From contig NC_017039.1 of NCBI RefSeq assembly GCF_000284455.1, positions 1,650,001-1,682,000 on the forward strand: DNA of 32,000 bases. The letters run 5' to 3'. Numbering within the stretch: the first letter of the stretch is position 1; each line of letters starts with the position of its first letter. Below are positions 10,652-21,098 of the stretch, piece by piece. A program made the translations under genes and the position numbers. The notes under the pieces were generated by a model that was not told the origin of the DNA, ran no database searches, and was given only the letters and a program-made list of their open reading frames with translations. The stretch is from Synechocystis sp. PCC 6803 substr. PCC-P. GTDB taxonomy: Bacteria; Cyanobacteriota; Cyanobacteriia; Cyanobacteriales; Microcystaceae.

Positions 10652-10749
10652 AAAATCAGAAAATCTAGAGTTGATTATTGGAGGATATGCCGACAAAAAT
10701 TTTAAGAATTCTTAAATACTTTCAGGCTGTTTAGACTATGACGATGATT

Positions 10750-11313
10750 TTATTCTGAGAGCCAATCAAAAACTAAGCCAAAATTAATTTGTAGACTGGA
10801 AGCAAAGGTTGGCACGGGTAAAATTTGCTCCGCTTGGTCAAAAATATTCGGCTGTTTTCCTGAAATATAGGTAAAAATAATTTGCTCAGCAGGATCAATT
10901 AACCAACCCATTTCGCTACCATGGTTTAAACAGTGGAGAATATTTCTAATTACCCTAGTTTGGCTTTGATCTGGAGAAAGAATTTCAATGGCCCAGTTAG
11001 GTGCAAGGGGAAAAAAGTTGGCAATTTTACCGTCATCATCCCTGGGAATATTGGACCAAGCAAAAACAGACAAATCCGGCACAATGGAGCGACCACCAAA
11101 AGTACAGCGCAATTCGGGAAACGCCCTAGCAATTTTTCGGTTTTTCAGGGATGAATTGATGACTGCAACCAATTCTCCTTGAATGACACTATGTTTTCCT
11201 TGGGGCATAGGTTTTTGAATAACTTGTCCTTCAACATATTCCTGTGCCGGTTTAGTTTCTGGCAAATCAAGAAAATCTTTTAAGCTAATCGATGGGGGTG
11301 CAATTTGCAGCAT
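10750..11313 (-). CDS. Uma2-family (DUF820) PD-(D/E)xK putative endonuclease
   Basis: 187 aa with ATG 11313. Uma2 hallmarks: EYVEGQVIQKPMP...H, VPDLSVF, WAIEILSPDQ, GWLIDP. It lies 20 nt after the glycosyltransferase stop and 98 nt before the transglutaminase-like start, on the same strand. Confidence 0.8.
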   Translation of the reverse strand: MLQIAPPSISLKDFLDLPETKPAQEYVEGQVIQKPMPQGKHSVIQGELVAVINSSLKNRKIARAFPELRCTFGGRSIVPDLSVFAWSNIPRDDDGKIANFFPLAPNWAIEILSPDQSQTRVIRNILHCLNHGSEMGWLIDPAEQIIFTYISGKQPNIFDQAEQILPVPTFASSLQINFGLVFDWLSE

Positions 11314-11333
11314 ATTAATTCTGTAGTCATGGG

Positions 11334-12530
11334 TTAAGCAATTAAAGACTGATAAACTTCTAGGGTTTTACGGGCAGTGTTTTCCCAGGAAAAATCCTTA
11401 GACCTAGTTAAACTTTTTTGCCTTAAGTGATCCCGCCAATCCGTATCACTAACAATTTTTTCCAATGCTAACGCTAGAGCCTGGGTATCTTGGGGATCTA
11501 CTAATACACCACTGTCTCCCATCACTTCTGGCAAAGATCCAGCCCCAGCAGTAATTATCGGTAAACCAAAGTTCATTGCCTCCACCACTGGCAAGCCAAA
11601 ACCTTCATAAAAAGAAGGATAAACAAAAGCTGTCGCCCGTTGGTAAAATTCCCCTAGCCACTGGTTGGGCACATAGGCCAAACGATGAATCTGATCTTGA
11701 TAGGCAGAATTGGCGATCGCCGTGAGAATGGGTTCATATTTCCAGCCCAATTGACCGATGAGCACTAACTGGTGGTGGGCCTTAGTGACTTGTTTGAATA
11801 AATTAAAGGCTTCGATCAAGCCAACCACATTTTTTCGGGGTTCCAGAGTGCTGACAAAAAGAAAATAGGGCACTGCAAAATTGTAGGGAATGGTGGCTAA
11901 CAATGACTCATTTATGAATTTATTTTTTGGAGAACTTGGCTCTGTGGATAACTGTGAACCCCGGTAACGACTAGCTTGGGGAGTAACAAAAATTCGTTCT
12001 AGGGGAAACTGGTAATATTCGTTAATTTCCCGTTTTGTACTCTCTGCAAAGGTTAAAATTCCCTGGGCAAAGGGCAAACAACGCAAAATTCTTTGGTGGT
12101 AACGTTGCACAATGGGCGGAACGAATTCGGGAAATTTGAGAAAAGTTAGATCGTGAATTGTTAATAAATTGATGGCTTTTTGGCTAGGAAAAATATAATG
12201 GTCAATGCCATGGATAAGATCCGGTTTGTCTAGACGCTTCTCCAATAAATTCAAAATGGGATTGGGAAAATTAACTAGGCGATCGCTCAGGGTAACTGGC
12301 AACGGCAAACAAGTACAATCGGTGAATTCGGCCAGATGATGTTTTTTTTGCCAATTTCCTTGGCACCAATCTTTTAAGCCAGGTTGATAATAAATTTGTA
12401 GAGAAAATTGCCCTTGAAATTGTTGGCTATGTTGTAGTTCATTAAGGGCTCGCAGCAGACTGAGATTATAAAAACCGATACCACTCAATTGGCCCCGTAT
12501 TGCTGTAGCATCCACACAAACTTTTAGCAT
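11334..12530 (-). CDS. GT4-family (GT-B fold) glycosyltransferase, mannosyltransferase-like
   Basis: ATG 12530 (the track TTG is at 12536). 398 aa. C-terminal E-x7-E motif in PSFYEGFGLPVVEAM and overall RfaB-like organisation. Confidence 0.8.
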   Translation of the reverse strand: MLKVCVDATAIRGQLSGIGFYNLSLLRALNELQHSQQFQGQFSLQIYYQPGLKDWCQGNWQKKHHLAEFTDCTCLPLPVTLSDRLVNFPNPILNLLEKRLDKPDLIHGIDHYIFPSQKAINLLTIHDLTFLKFPEFVPPIVQRYHQRILRCLPFAQGILTFAESTKREINEYYQFPLERIFVTPQASRYRGSQLSTEPSSPKNKFINESLLATIPYNFAVPYFLFVSTLEPRKNVVGLIEAFNLFKQVTKAHHQLVLIGQLGWKYEPILTAIANSAYQDQIHRLAYVPNQWLGEFYQRATAFVYPSFYEGFGLPVVEAMNFGLPIITAGAGSLPEVMGDSGVLVDPQDTQALALALEKIVSDTDWRDHLRQKSLTRSKDFSWENTARKTLEVYQSLIA

Positions 12531-12581
12531 CACCAATTAATTTTGCTCACTGTTGATCAATACTTAGCAAATGTCAAAATT

Positions 12582-13718
12582 TTAAGCACAATCTTTTTCC
12601 AGGGGGAGGGTAAAGTAAATCTCTGCCCCCCTACTAACCGCAGTATTGAGACCAATTTGGCCACCGTGGGCCTCGACAATGAGCTTGCAAACGTATAGTC
12701 CTAAGCCCAGCCCAAGGGGATTGTTCTCCCGATCGCCGCGCTGATAACGTTCAAAAACTCGGTCAGCGATGGCCAGATCCACACCCACCCCATTATCTTT
12801 GACCCGACAGGTTAGGGTTTGGTCTATGGCGGTAACCGTAATGGTAATGCTCAACGGTTGGGGCCGGGGTAAAGGATTGTATTTCAGGCTATTGGCCAAT
12901 AAATTTTCCAGCACCCGCCAAATAAAGTTGGCATCTCCCATGATTGCGGGTAAATTTTCCCCCAGATTTAAATTAAGAGTTACTTCCTGCTCCCCCAACC
13001 CCAACGACCATTCCTCCGCAAAATCCCTCACTAGGGTGCCCAGATCAAGGCGTCGCAACACTAAGGGAACCCCCTGTTGTTCCCAATGCTGGCTTTCCAC
13101 CAGGGAATTGATCAAGGCTAATTGACGTTCACAACTGCGGGCCATCTGCTCTAGGGTTTGGCGGGGCAGGGAAAGTTCCGTTTGATCTGGATCGGCCCGT
13201 TTAAGGCAGTTATTGAGCACCATAGATAACCCCAACACAGGATTACGGAGATCGTGGGACACCACCCGTAGGGAAACCTCCAGGGATTGTTCCGCCCGCT
13301 TCCGTTCTTGGATTTCTGCTCGTAGTTGATGTTTTTGTTGTTGTAGTAGCAGTTGGTGTTCAATGCGGGCCAGCACTTCTTCCATTTGAAATGGCTTAGT
13401 GATGTAATCCGCTCCCCCCAGGTTAAAGGCTTTGACTTTATCAAGCACATTATCCAGGGCACTGATAAAGATAATTGGAATTTCTTGGGTGTGGGGATTG
13501 GACTTTAGCCGGGCACACATTTCATAGCCGTTCATGGTGGGCATGTTAACGTCTAGCAAAATCAAGTCCGGCGGGGACTGCTCAATACTTTTGAGGGCAA
13601 AATTAGCATTCAATGCTTTACGGATTCGGTAACCATGGGCGGACAAAAGGTTGGCCAGCAAACGTACATTGTCCGGGGTGTCATCGACGATAAAAAGGGT
13701 TTTACAGTCCGGGCCCAT
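12582..13718 (-). CDS. Receiver-first hybrid histidine kinase (REC - HisKA - HATPase)
   Basis: 378 aa with ATG 13718. Receiver LFIVDDTPDNV ... LILLDVNMPTMNG ... ITKPF. H-box VVSHDLRNPV, N-box LLANSLKYN, G1 DNGVGV, G2 GLGLGLYVCK. Confidence 0.85.
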   Translation of the reverse strand: MGPDCKTLFIVDDTPDNVRLLANLLSAHGYRIRKALNANFALKSIEQSPPDLILLDVNMPTMNGYEMCARLKSNPHTQEIPIIFISALDNVLDKVKAFNLGGADYITKPFQMEEVLARIEHQLLLQQQKHQLRAEIQERKRAEQSLEVSLRVVSHDLRNPVLGLSMVLNNCLKRADPDQTELSLPRQTLEQMARSCERQLALINSLVESQHWEQQGVPLVLRRLDLGTLVRDFAEEWSLGLGEQEVTLNLNLGENLPAIMGDANFIWRVLENLLANSLKYNPLPRPQPLSITITVTAIDQTLTCRVKDNGVGVDLAIADRVFERYQRGDRENNPLGLGLGLYVCKLIVEAHGGQIGLNTAVSRGAEIYFTLPLEKDCA

Positions 13719-13825
13719 GGCGATCGCCTGCGGGAATTGGTGGAGGGGGAAGAAAAGTTGAGTAAAAGTAGAAGTTGAACTGAATTTTCAACACCTGTTA
13801 GTACAGTTGGGAGCAATTAATTGGG

Positions 13826-15805
13826 TTACCCCGCTAGGGTCACCGCCCCAAAACTGGATTCAACCACTAGGAAAATCTGCTCAAAACGATATTCCCTGGC
13901 CCAGGTGGCCAATAGATGAGCTAAGGATGGGGACAAGGTCGGCAGGGACTCAACCAAGGTAATCAGGTCATCGTCATTGCATTCTAAAGCCATTTTTGCC
14001 ATCTTTTGTCGCCAGGACTGGGGAGTTTTAGCCAATTGTTCTGATAGGGACGGAGCCGTTATCACAGGAAATGGCCGGAGAGGGGAAGCCGGTGGTTGCC
14101 CCTGGGAAGGTAAAGCCACGGCCAGGTGTTTAGCCAGAAGGGCAATCAATTCTTCGGGGCGGAAGGGCTTACTTAAAAAGTCGTCACAGCCGGCGCTAAG
14201 AATTTCGGCCCGTTCCCCTTCAAAAGCACTGGCGGTGAGGGCAATAATGATCGTATGTTGACCTTGGGGGCTGGCTTTAATTTTTTGAGTAGTGCTCCGA
14301 CCATCCAGCACTGGCATTTGCATATCCATCAAAATTACCTGGGGATGCCAACTTTCCCACAGGGCGATCGCCATTTCTCCGTTTTCCGCTTCTTGGACAA
14401 CAAAGCCCAGACTAGTGAGTAATTGGCGCAGTAGTAACCGACTTTCCGGGCGATCGTCCACCACAAGAACTTTTTGATTGTACTGATCTAACGGCGGCAG
14501 GGTAACCGCTGAAGTTTCCGGGGTTGGCTTGGGGGCCGCCATCACCTGCACTGGAATGGCAAAAAAGAAAGCACTACCTTGATCGACCTTGCTCCTGACT
14601 TGAATTTGTCCCCCCATCAACTGAACAAATTTTTGGCTAATGGGCAGCCCTAAACCATTCCCCTGACAAGACTTAAGCCCCGTTTCTGTCTGGGCAAAGG
14701 GTACAAACAGTTCATCCATTTCATGGGCAGCAATGCCCGGCCCCGTATCCGACACTAAAAAATGAAGCCAGATGGATGCTCCTTGACCTTCATCAGTCTG
14801 GGGAGCGGTCAGGCATTTAACCTTGAGGGTGACACCGCCCTGGGCAGTAAACTTAATGGCATTGGCCAACAAATTAATCAACACCTGCCGCAATTTGCCC
14901 CCGTCAGTCTTAATCCATTCGGGCACCTCCGGCGATCGCTCCACTTTAAGGAGGAGTTGTTTTTCCTGAGCCCTTAGTTGGAAAAGAGCCTGGAGATTAT
15001 CCAACAAACGATGGCAATCAATGATTTTTTCATTGAGGGTGGTGCGCCCTGCCTCAATTTTGGACATTTCCAAAATGTCGTTAATTAGCTCTAATAAGTG
15101 CTCACCGCTCCGGTTGATGATATCTAAGGTGGGACGGTGGGGAGCCAAACTGGGATCCCGATGCAACAGTTGACTAAAGCCAATAATGGCGTTGAGGGGA
15201 GTGCGTAATTCATGGCTAATACTGGCCAAAAATTCCGTTTTAGCCCGATTGGCCGCATCCGCCGCTTCCTTAGCTTGGGTCAGGGTTGTCTCTGCTTGGT
15301 GCCGGGCCTGGGCGATCGCCAAAAATTGTCCCACCAGTTTGGCCAAGTTCAACTCCTCCGGGTTCCAACCATAGTTGTCGTGGAGATGAACCATGCTGAT
15401 GTAGCCCAACACCTGGGCATCCTTAACCATGGGCACCACTAGGATGGATTTCACCAGGTCAAATTGCAGGGAGACCTTATCCATCTCAGCTTCCGGCGGC
15501 ATTTGCTCCACATCCCTCACCAAAACGCCTTCACTATCCTGCAAATTGGCCCAGAGCCAAGGATAGGTGGCCACCGGTACTCCTTGAAAAGTTGATAACC
15601 GGGGGGCAATACCCACAGCACACCATTCTTCCGCCATGTGTAAACAGTCCTTGGCTGGGTCATGGTAAATCACATGGACCCGCTGACAGCCAAACAACAG
15701 CCCCAGTTGCTCTATGGCAAAACGCACCGCTGTGGCCCAGTCCTTTTCCAGCAAAGTTCTCGCAATTGCCCGCAGACAATCTTCCCGTTCCAACTTTTGC
15801 TCCAA
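13826..15805 (-). CDS. GAF-sensor hybrid histidine kinase (GAF - HisKA - HATPase - REC - C-terminal helical tail)
   Basis: 659 aa as tracked. The only upstream start is TTG 15805, so the start is uncertain. H-box [16 protein letters not shown]-box [13 protein letters not shown]1 DTGPGI, G2 [10 protein letters not shown]. Receiver [11 protein letters not shown] ... [13 protein letters not shown] ... LSKPF. The ~95-aa tail has no HxxKG HPt motif. Confidence 0.85.
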   Translation of the reverse strand: MEQKLEREDCLRAIARTLLEKDWATAVRFAIEQLGLLFGCQRVHVIYHDPAKDCLHMAEEWCAVGIAPRLSTFQGVPVATYPWLWANLQDSEGVLVRDVEQMPPEAEMDKVSLQFDLVKSILVVPMVKDAQVLGYISMVHLHDNYGWNPEELNLAKLVGQFLAIAQARHQAETTLTQAKEAADAANRAKTEFLASISHELRTPLNAIIGFSQLLHRDPSLAPHRPTLDIINRSGEHLLELINDILEMSKIEAGRTTLNEKIIDCHRLLDNLQALFQLRAQEKQLLLKVERSPEVPEWIKTDGGKLRQVLINLLANAIKFTAQGGVTLKVKCLTAPQTDEGQGASIWLHFLVSDTGPGIAAHEMDELFVPFAQTETGLKSCQGNGLGLPISQKFVQLMGGQIQVRSKVDQGSAFFFAIPVQVMAAPKPTPETSAVTLPPLDQYNQKVLVVDDRPESRLLLRQLLTSLGFVVQEAENGEMAIALWESWHPQVILMDMQMPVLDGRSTTQKIKASPQGQHTIIIALTASAFEGERAEILSAGCDDFLSKPFRPEELIALLAKHLAVALPSQGQPPASPLRPFPVITAPSLSEQLAKTPQSWRQKMAKMALECNDDDLITLVESLPTLSPSLAHLLATWAREYRFEQIFLVVESSFGAVTLAG

Positions 15806-15950
15806 AACCTCCCCCCGGCGATCGCCTATCCTCCTAGGATTTGACCCATCTCACCAGTTGGGGACAGCCCCAAAGTGATACCCTTAAAGATGGCAAATTT
15901 GACCAAAACTCAACAGTAATCCTGTAGTCTAACTATAAACAAATTCCTAG

Positions 15951-17411
<1,461 letters not shown>

Positions 17412-17558
17412 GTTAATAACCTGGGGTCTAGGTTAGGAAATAGTTAGGGGGAATAGCAGTGGTTTTCTAGGATGACCATTGCCTGTTATCCCCCTTCTTC
17501 CTGGCCGGCGATCGCCAGTTGTTTGTATAGAAACGCTATCAAAGGGAAATTCCTAAAA

Positions 17559-17969
17559 ATGACGTTAACAGTACGGGTAATCACACCGGATAAGGTAGTT
17601 TGGGATGAGGAAGTGCAGGAACTCATTCTCCCCAGCACCACCGGTCAACTGGGTATCCTCAGTAACCATGCTCCCCTGCTCACCGCTTTGGAAATTGGCG
17701 TGATGCGGGTGCGCCCAGGTAAAGACTGGCAGAATATTGCCGTCATGGGGGGTTTTGCCGAGGTAGAAAATAATGAAGTTAAGGTATTGGTCAACGGCGC
17801 TGAATTAGGCACCACCATTGATGCTGAATCGGCCCGCCAAGCCTACACCGCAGCCCAGGGGGCTTTGGAAGAGGCCAACCGGGGGGAAGATAAACCCAAC
17901 CAACTGAAAGCTTCTAACAATTACAAAAAAGCTCGGGCTCGCCTGCAAGCGGCCGGTGGAGCCGTCTAG
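17559..17969 (+). CDS. atpC: F1 ATP synthase epsilon subunit (atpE in cyanobacterial nomenclature)
   Basis: ATG 17559 ([17 protein letters not shown]...) gives 136 aa, typical of epsilon. The track start at 17472 adds an implausible 29-aa extension. It lies directly downstream of the beta subunit gene. Confidence 0.9.
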   Translation: MTLTVRVITPDKVVWDEEVQELILPSTTGQLGILSNHAPLLTALEIGVMRVRPGKDWQNIAVMGGFAEVENNEVKVLVNGAELGTTIDAESARQAYTAAQGALEEANRGEDKPNQLKASNNYKKARARLQAAGGAV

Positions 17970-18128
17970 TCGGGACGGTTGTCGTTGGTCAGCACCATGG
18001 CCCAACCCAGCTTGGTTAACCAAAGTCTTCCCGGTGTTAAGCACTGTTAGCATTGGGGAGGCTTTTGCCTTGGCACTAGTAACCGTTTTTGCTTCCGCCC
18101 CAGTCCCAGTGGCCCATGGGGACTAGGA

Positions 18129-19670
18129 ATGTCCGATCGCCTTGTTTGCCCTATGAAAAAACCTTGGAAAACTTCCCCAACAGTGGCTCCTAACGCTAAG
18201 CCCTGGCAACGATTCGTCCTGGTGGCCACCTTGGTGATGGCGATCGCCGTTTTTAGCAATGTTTATTTAACTCCAGCCATTGCCAGGGATCTGGAGAACC
18301 AACCCAAAACCCATGATCAGTTGACGTTTCCCCCCCTGCCGGAGATTAACCTGCCGGAATACGAACGTTACACTCTGCCCAACGGTTTGGTGGTTTATCT
18401 AATGCCTGACCGGAGACTGCCCCTGGTGTCGGGATCGGTGGTGATGCGGGCAGGATCCCGTTGGGAACCGGCGGATCAGGTGGGGCTAGCCCAGTTGACG
18501 GGCACCACCATGCGTTTGGGGGGAACAGAACAAAACTCCCCAGCCCAACTGAATAATTTATTGGAGCAAAAGGCCGCTGCCATTGAAACTAGCATTGGCA
18601 CCTCTTCCGGTTCTGCTAGTTTTTCCTCCTTGAGCAAGGACTTTGACCTAGTCTTTGACCTATTTGCCCAAGTTCTCCAAACCCCAGCCTTTGATGAAGC
18701 CCAGATTGCCCTGGCTAAAAACCAACTTCGAGGAGCCATTGCCCGGCGTAACGATGACCCTGGAGATATTGCCAGCCGGGAATTTAGTAAAATGCTTTAC
18801 GGCCCCACCAGCCCCTATGCCCGCACGGTGGAGTACCAAACCTTAGCCAATATCGACCGCCAGGCCATTATTGATTTTCATCGGCGCTACGTCCGTCCAG
18901 ACCAGATGATTTTAGGCATTGTGGGGGACTTTGACAGCGAAACCATCAAACAAACCATTGCGGAAAGGTTTGGTAATTGGCAAGGGTCGGGGACTGTTCC
19001 CCAGTTGACTCCCCCCAGCGCTAGCCAAGTTAACGACAGTGAAGTTTTTTTAGTTAATTTGCCCCACGTTACCCAAAGCAATGTTCTTTTGGGACAAATT
19101 GGCGGCATGGTGGACAGCCCGGATTACGCTGCCCTGTCGGTGATGAATGGGGTACTGGGGGGTTTTGCAGGCCGGTTGTTTAACAATATTCGCTCCACCC
19201 AGGGCTTGGCCTATAGCGTTTCCGGTAGTTGGCAGGCTGCCTATGATTATCCCGGTTACTTTCTGGCTGGGGGTCCTACCCGCACGGAAACCACGGTGCA
19301 ATTTCTCCAATCCCTGTTACAGGAGTTTGAAAAGTTACGCATCACTGAAGTAACCGCTGAGGAATTGGCCTATGCCAAAGATTCAATTTTAAATTCCTTT
19401 GTTTTTAATTTTGAAAGGCCGGGGCAAACCCTTTCCCGTTTGATGACCTACGAGTATTACGGTTATCCAGAGGATTTTATTTTCACTTACCAACAGGCGG
19501 TGATGGACACCACAGTGGAGGATGTGCAACGGGTAGCGGCTAAGTATCTCCAGCCCGAACAGATGATTGCGGTGATTGTGGGGCAAGGCGATCGCCTAAA
19601 GGATGAATTGGAAGCCCTAGACCGGCGGGTGCAAATGTTGGAAATTGCCATTCCCGAAGCTAGTAGTTAA
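18129..19670 (+). CDS. M16 (pitrilysin/insulinase) family peptidase homologue with signal-peptide-like N-terminus; zinc motif degenerate
   Basis: 513 aa. Hydrophobic N-terminal segment FVLVATLVMAIAVFSNVYL...AIA. M16 fold blocks (YTLPNGLVVY, RAGSRWEP, two-domain length). At the HxxEH position the sequence reads GLAQLTGTTMRLGGT. An alternative start is ATG 18153. Confidence 0.8.
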   Translation: MSDRLVCPMKKPWKTSPTVAPNAKPWQRFVLVATLVMAIAVFSNVYLTPAIARDLENQPKTHDQLTFPPLPEINLPEYERYTLPNGLVVYLMPDRRLPLVSGSVVMRAGSRWEPADQVGLAQLTGTTMRLGGTEQNSPAQLNNLLEQKAAAIETSIGTSSGSASFSSLSKDFDLVFDLFAQVLQTPAFDEAQIALAKNQLRGAIARRNDDPGDIASREFSKMLYGPTSPYARTVEYQTLANIDRQAIIDFHRRYVRPDQMILGIVGDFDSETIKQTIAERFGNWQGSGTVPQLTPPSASQVNDSEVFLVNLPHVTQSNVLLGQIGGMVDSPDYAALSVMNGVLGGFAGRLFNNIRSTQGLAYSVSGSWQAAYDYPGYFLAGGPTRTETTVQFLQSLLQEFEKLRITEVTAEELAYAKDSILNSFVFNFERPGQTLSRLMTYEYYGYPEDFIFTYQQAVMDTTVEDVQRVAAKYLQPEQMIAVIVGQGDRLKDELEALDRRVQMLEIAIPEASS

Positions 19671-19677
19671 TTGGGCC

Positions 19678-20892
19678 ATGGACCGCCAGGGGAAACAAAA
19701 AACGGCTCCAATAGAGGCTCTGGCTATGGGAGTGGTGGTCACTGGGCTAGCCCTGGACACTGCCTTGGGAGATCAATTACAAACTTGGACAAAGTTGTTA
19801 CAGGGAAAAACGGCCATCAAGCCCAAGCAACCTTTTATAAACTTGCCATCGTTCCCCTTGGCATTACAGGGAAATTATCCTCGTTCCCTGGGACAATTGG
19901 TTCCGCCCTTGGTGCAGGCCGCCATTGATGATGCCCAACTTGATCCCGCTGAACAACCCTGGGGAGTGGCGATCGGTTCTAGTCGGGCTAACCAATGCCA
20001 TTGGGAAGATTGGGTTGGGCGCAACATTAAGCCTCCGGTGGCCCCCAACTTTAAGCTTGTGGATTGGTGGCAGACTTTACCTGATCAGGCCGCCCGTTTA
20101 GCTGCCCAACTTCTACCGGAAGTAACGGTGATGCAATGCCCCATGGCCGCCTGTGCCACTGGGTTATGGGCGATCGCCCAGGGAGTGGAGTTAATTAGAA
20201 CAGGCCATTGCCAACGGGTGTTGGCCGGGGCAGTGGAAGCCCCCATTACACCGCTCACATTGGCTGGTTTTAGCAAAATGGCCACGCTAGCACCGGATGG
20301 ATGTTATCCCTTCGATCGCCAGCGCCAGGGTTTAGTGTTGGGGGAAGGGGGAGCTTTGTTAGTATTGGAAACCCGGGAATTAGCCCAGAAGAGAAAAGCC
20401 AGAATTTACGGTGAAATTTTGGGTTGGGGTTTTAGTTGTGATGCACTCCATCGTAGTACTCCTGCCTTTGATAACCACAGTGCCCAGCAAGCCGTGAAGC
20501 ATTGCCTCACCCGCAGTGGTTTAACCCCAGAGCAAATTGACTTGATTCATCCCCACGGCACTGGCACTCTTTTCAACGATCAACGGGAGGCCGCTTTAAT
20601 CCAAACTCTTTTTCCTCAAAATCCTCTCATTACTTCCAGCAAAGGGGCCACTGGCCATACCCTGGGCGCTTCCGGGGCGATCGCCGTAGCTTTGACTTTA
20701 TTAAGCCTTCATCAGCAAAAATTGCCCCCCTGTGTTGGTTTGAAAGAACCTGAATTTCCCCTCAACTTTGTCCGCATTGAATCAGTTCAGCCAGCAACTA
20801 GCCCTTTAAACTATGGTCTCTGCCTCAGTTTTGGCTTTGGCGGCCAGAATGGGGCGATCGCCGTGGGACACGCACCACTACCAACAAAATGA
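19678..20892 (+). CDS. Beta-ketoacyl-ACP synthase (KAS I/II, FabF-like) family protein
   Basis: ATG 19678 avoids overlap with the upstream stop at 19668-19670; the track start at 19645 is a TTG. The Cys-His-His triad contexts are present: MAACATGLWAI, HPHGTGT, KGATGHTLGASG. 404 aa. Confidence 0.85.
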   Translation: MDRQGKQKTAPIEALAMGVVVTGLALDTALGDQLQTWTKLLQGKTAIKPKQPFINLPSFPLALQGNYPRSLGQLVPPLVQAAIDDAQLDPAEQPWGVAIGSSRANQCHWEDWVGRNIKPPVAPNFKLVDWWQTLPDQAARLAAQLLPEVTVMQCPMAACATGLWAIAQGVELIRTGHCQRVLAGAVEAPITPLTLAGFSKMATLAPDGCYPFDRQRQGLVLGEGGALLVLETRELAQKRKARIYGEILGWGFSCDALHRSTPAFDNHSAQQAVKHCLTRSGLTPEQIDLIHPHGTGTLFNDQREAALIQTLFPQNPLITSSKGATGHTLGASGAIAVALTLLSLHQQKLPPCVGLKEPEFPLNFVRIESVQPATSPLNYGLCLSFGFGGQNGAIAVGHAPLPTK

Positions 20893-21050
20893 ACCGGACG
20901 TCAAGTCTCGTTGACAAAAATTAACATTATGTTTACTATAAAAAACATAAGGCTATGGAAACCCGACAGAATTCCTTTGCATGAACTATTAAGGGCACGG
21001 GTTCTAGGGGTTTCGGTACCTTCCATTGACATTGAGTTCTCCTAGATATG

Positions 21051-21077
21051 CCCTCGGTGATGCCGGGGTATTTTTTT
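21051..21077 (+). terminator. Intrinsic terminator-like hairpin plus T-run between the convergent KAS gene and hoxH
   Basis: CCCtCGG-tgatg-CCGGGG is a 6 G:C-pair stem with one bulged T (21051-21068). After 'ta' comes TTTTTTT (21071-21077). It lies ~160 nt after the KAS stop and 22 nt from the hoxH stop. Confidence 0.55.
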
Positions 21078-21098
21078 GACCGTCTGAATGTTTTTTGT

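Noticed and set aside
17472-17558. N-terminal extensions implied by the track starts: atpC 17472, kinase 2430, hoxF 27019, hoxE 27617, KAS 19645, transglutaminase-like 10696, GT4 12536, antitoxin-like 23356, small ORFs 3947 and 4736
   Set aside because: The track takes the most upstream ATG/GTG/TTG. In each case a downstream ATG gives the canonical family N-terminus and length, or removes an overlap, and most of the upstream codons are TTG.
18012-18023. Perfect 12-bp palindrome TTGGTTAACCAA downstream of atpC, considered as a terminator
   Set aside because: It has no loop and no following T-run. The nearby CCGTC...GACGG stem (17963-17979) is only 5 bp. No convincing atpC terminator could be defined.
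20927-20950. TTATGTTT-N8-AAACATAA hairpin downstream of the KAS gene and hoxH
   Set aside because: The stem is almost entirely A:T with a weak T-rich tail on the minus strand only. The GC-rich hairpin at 21051-21077 is the better terminator candidate.
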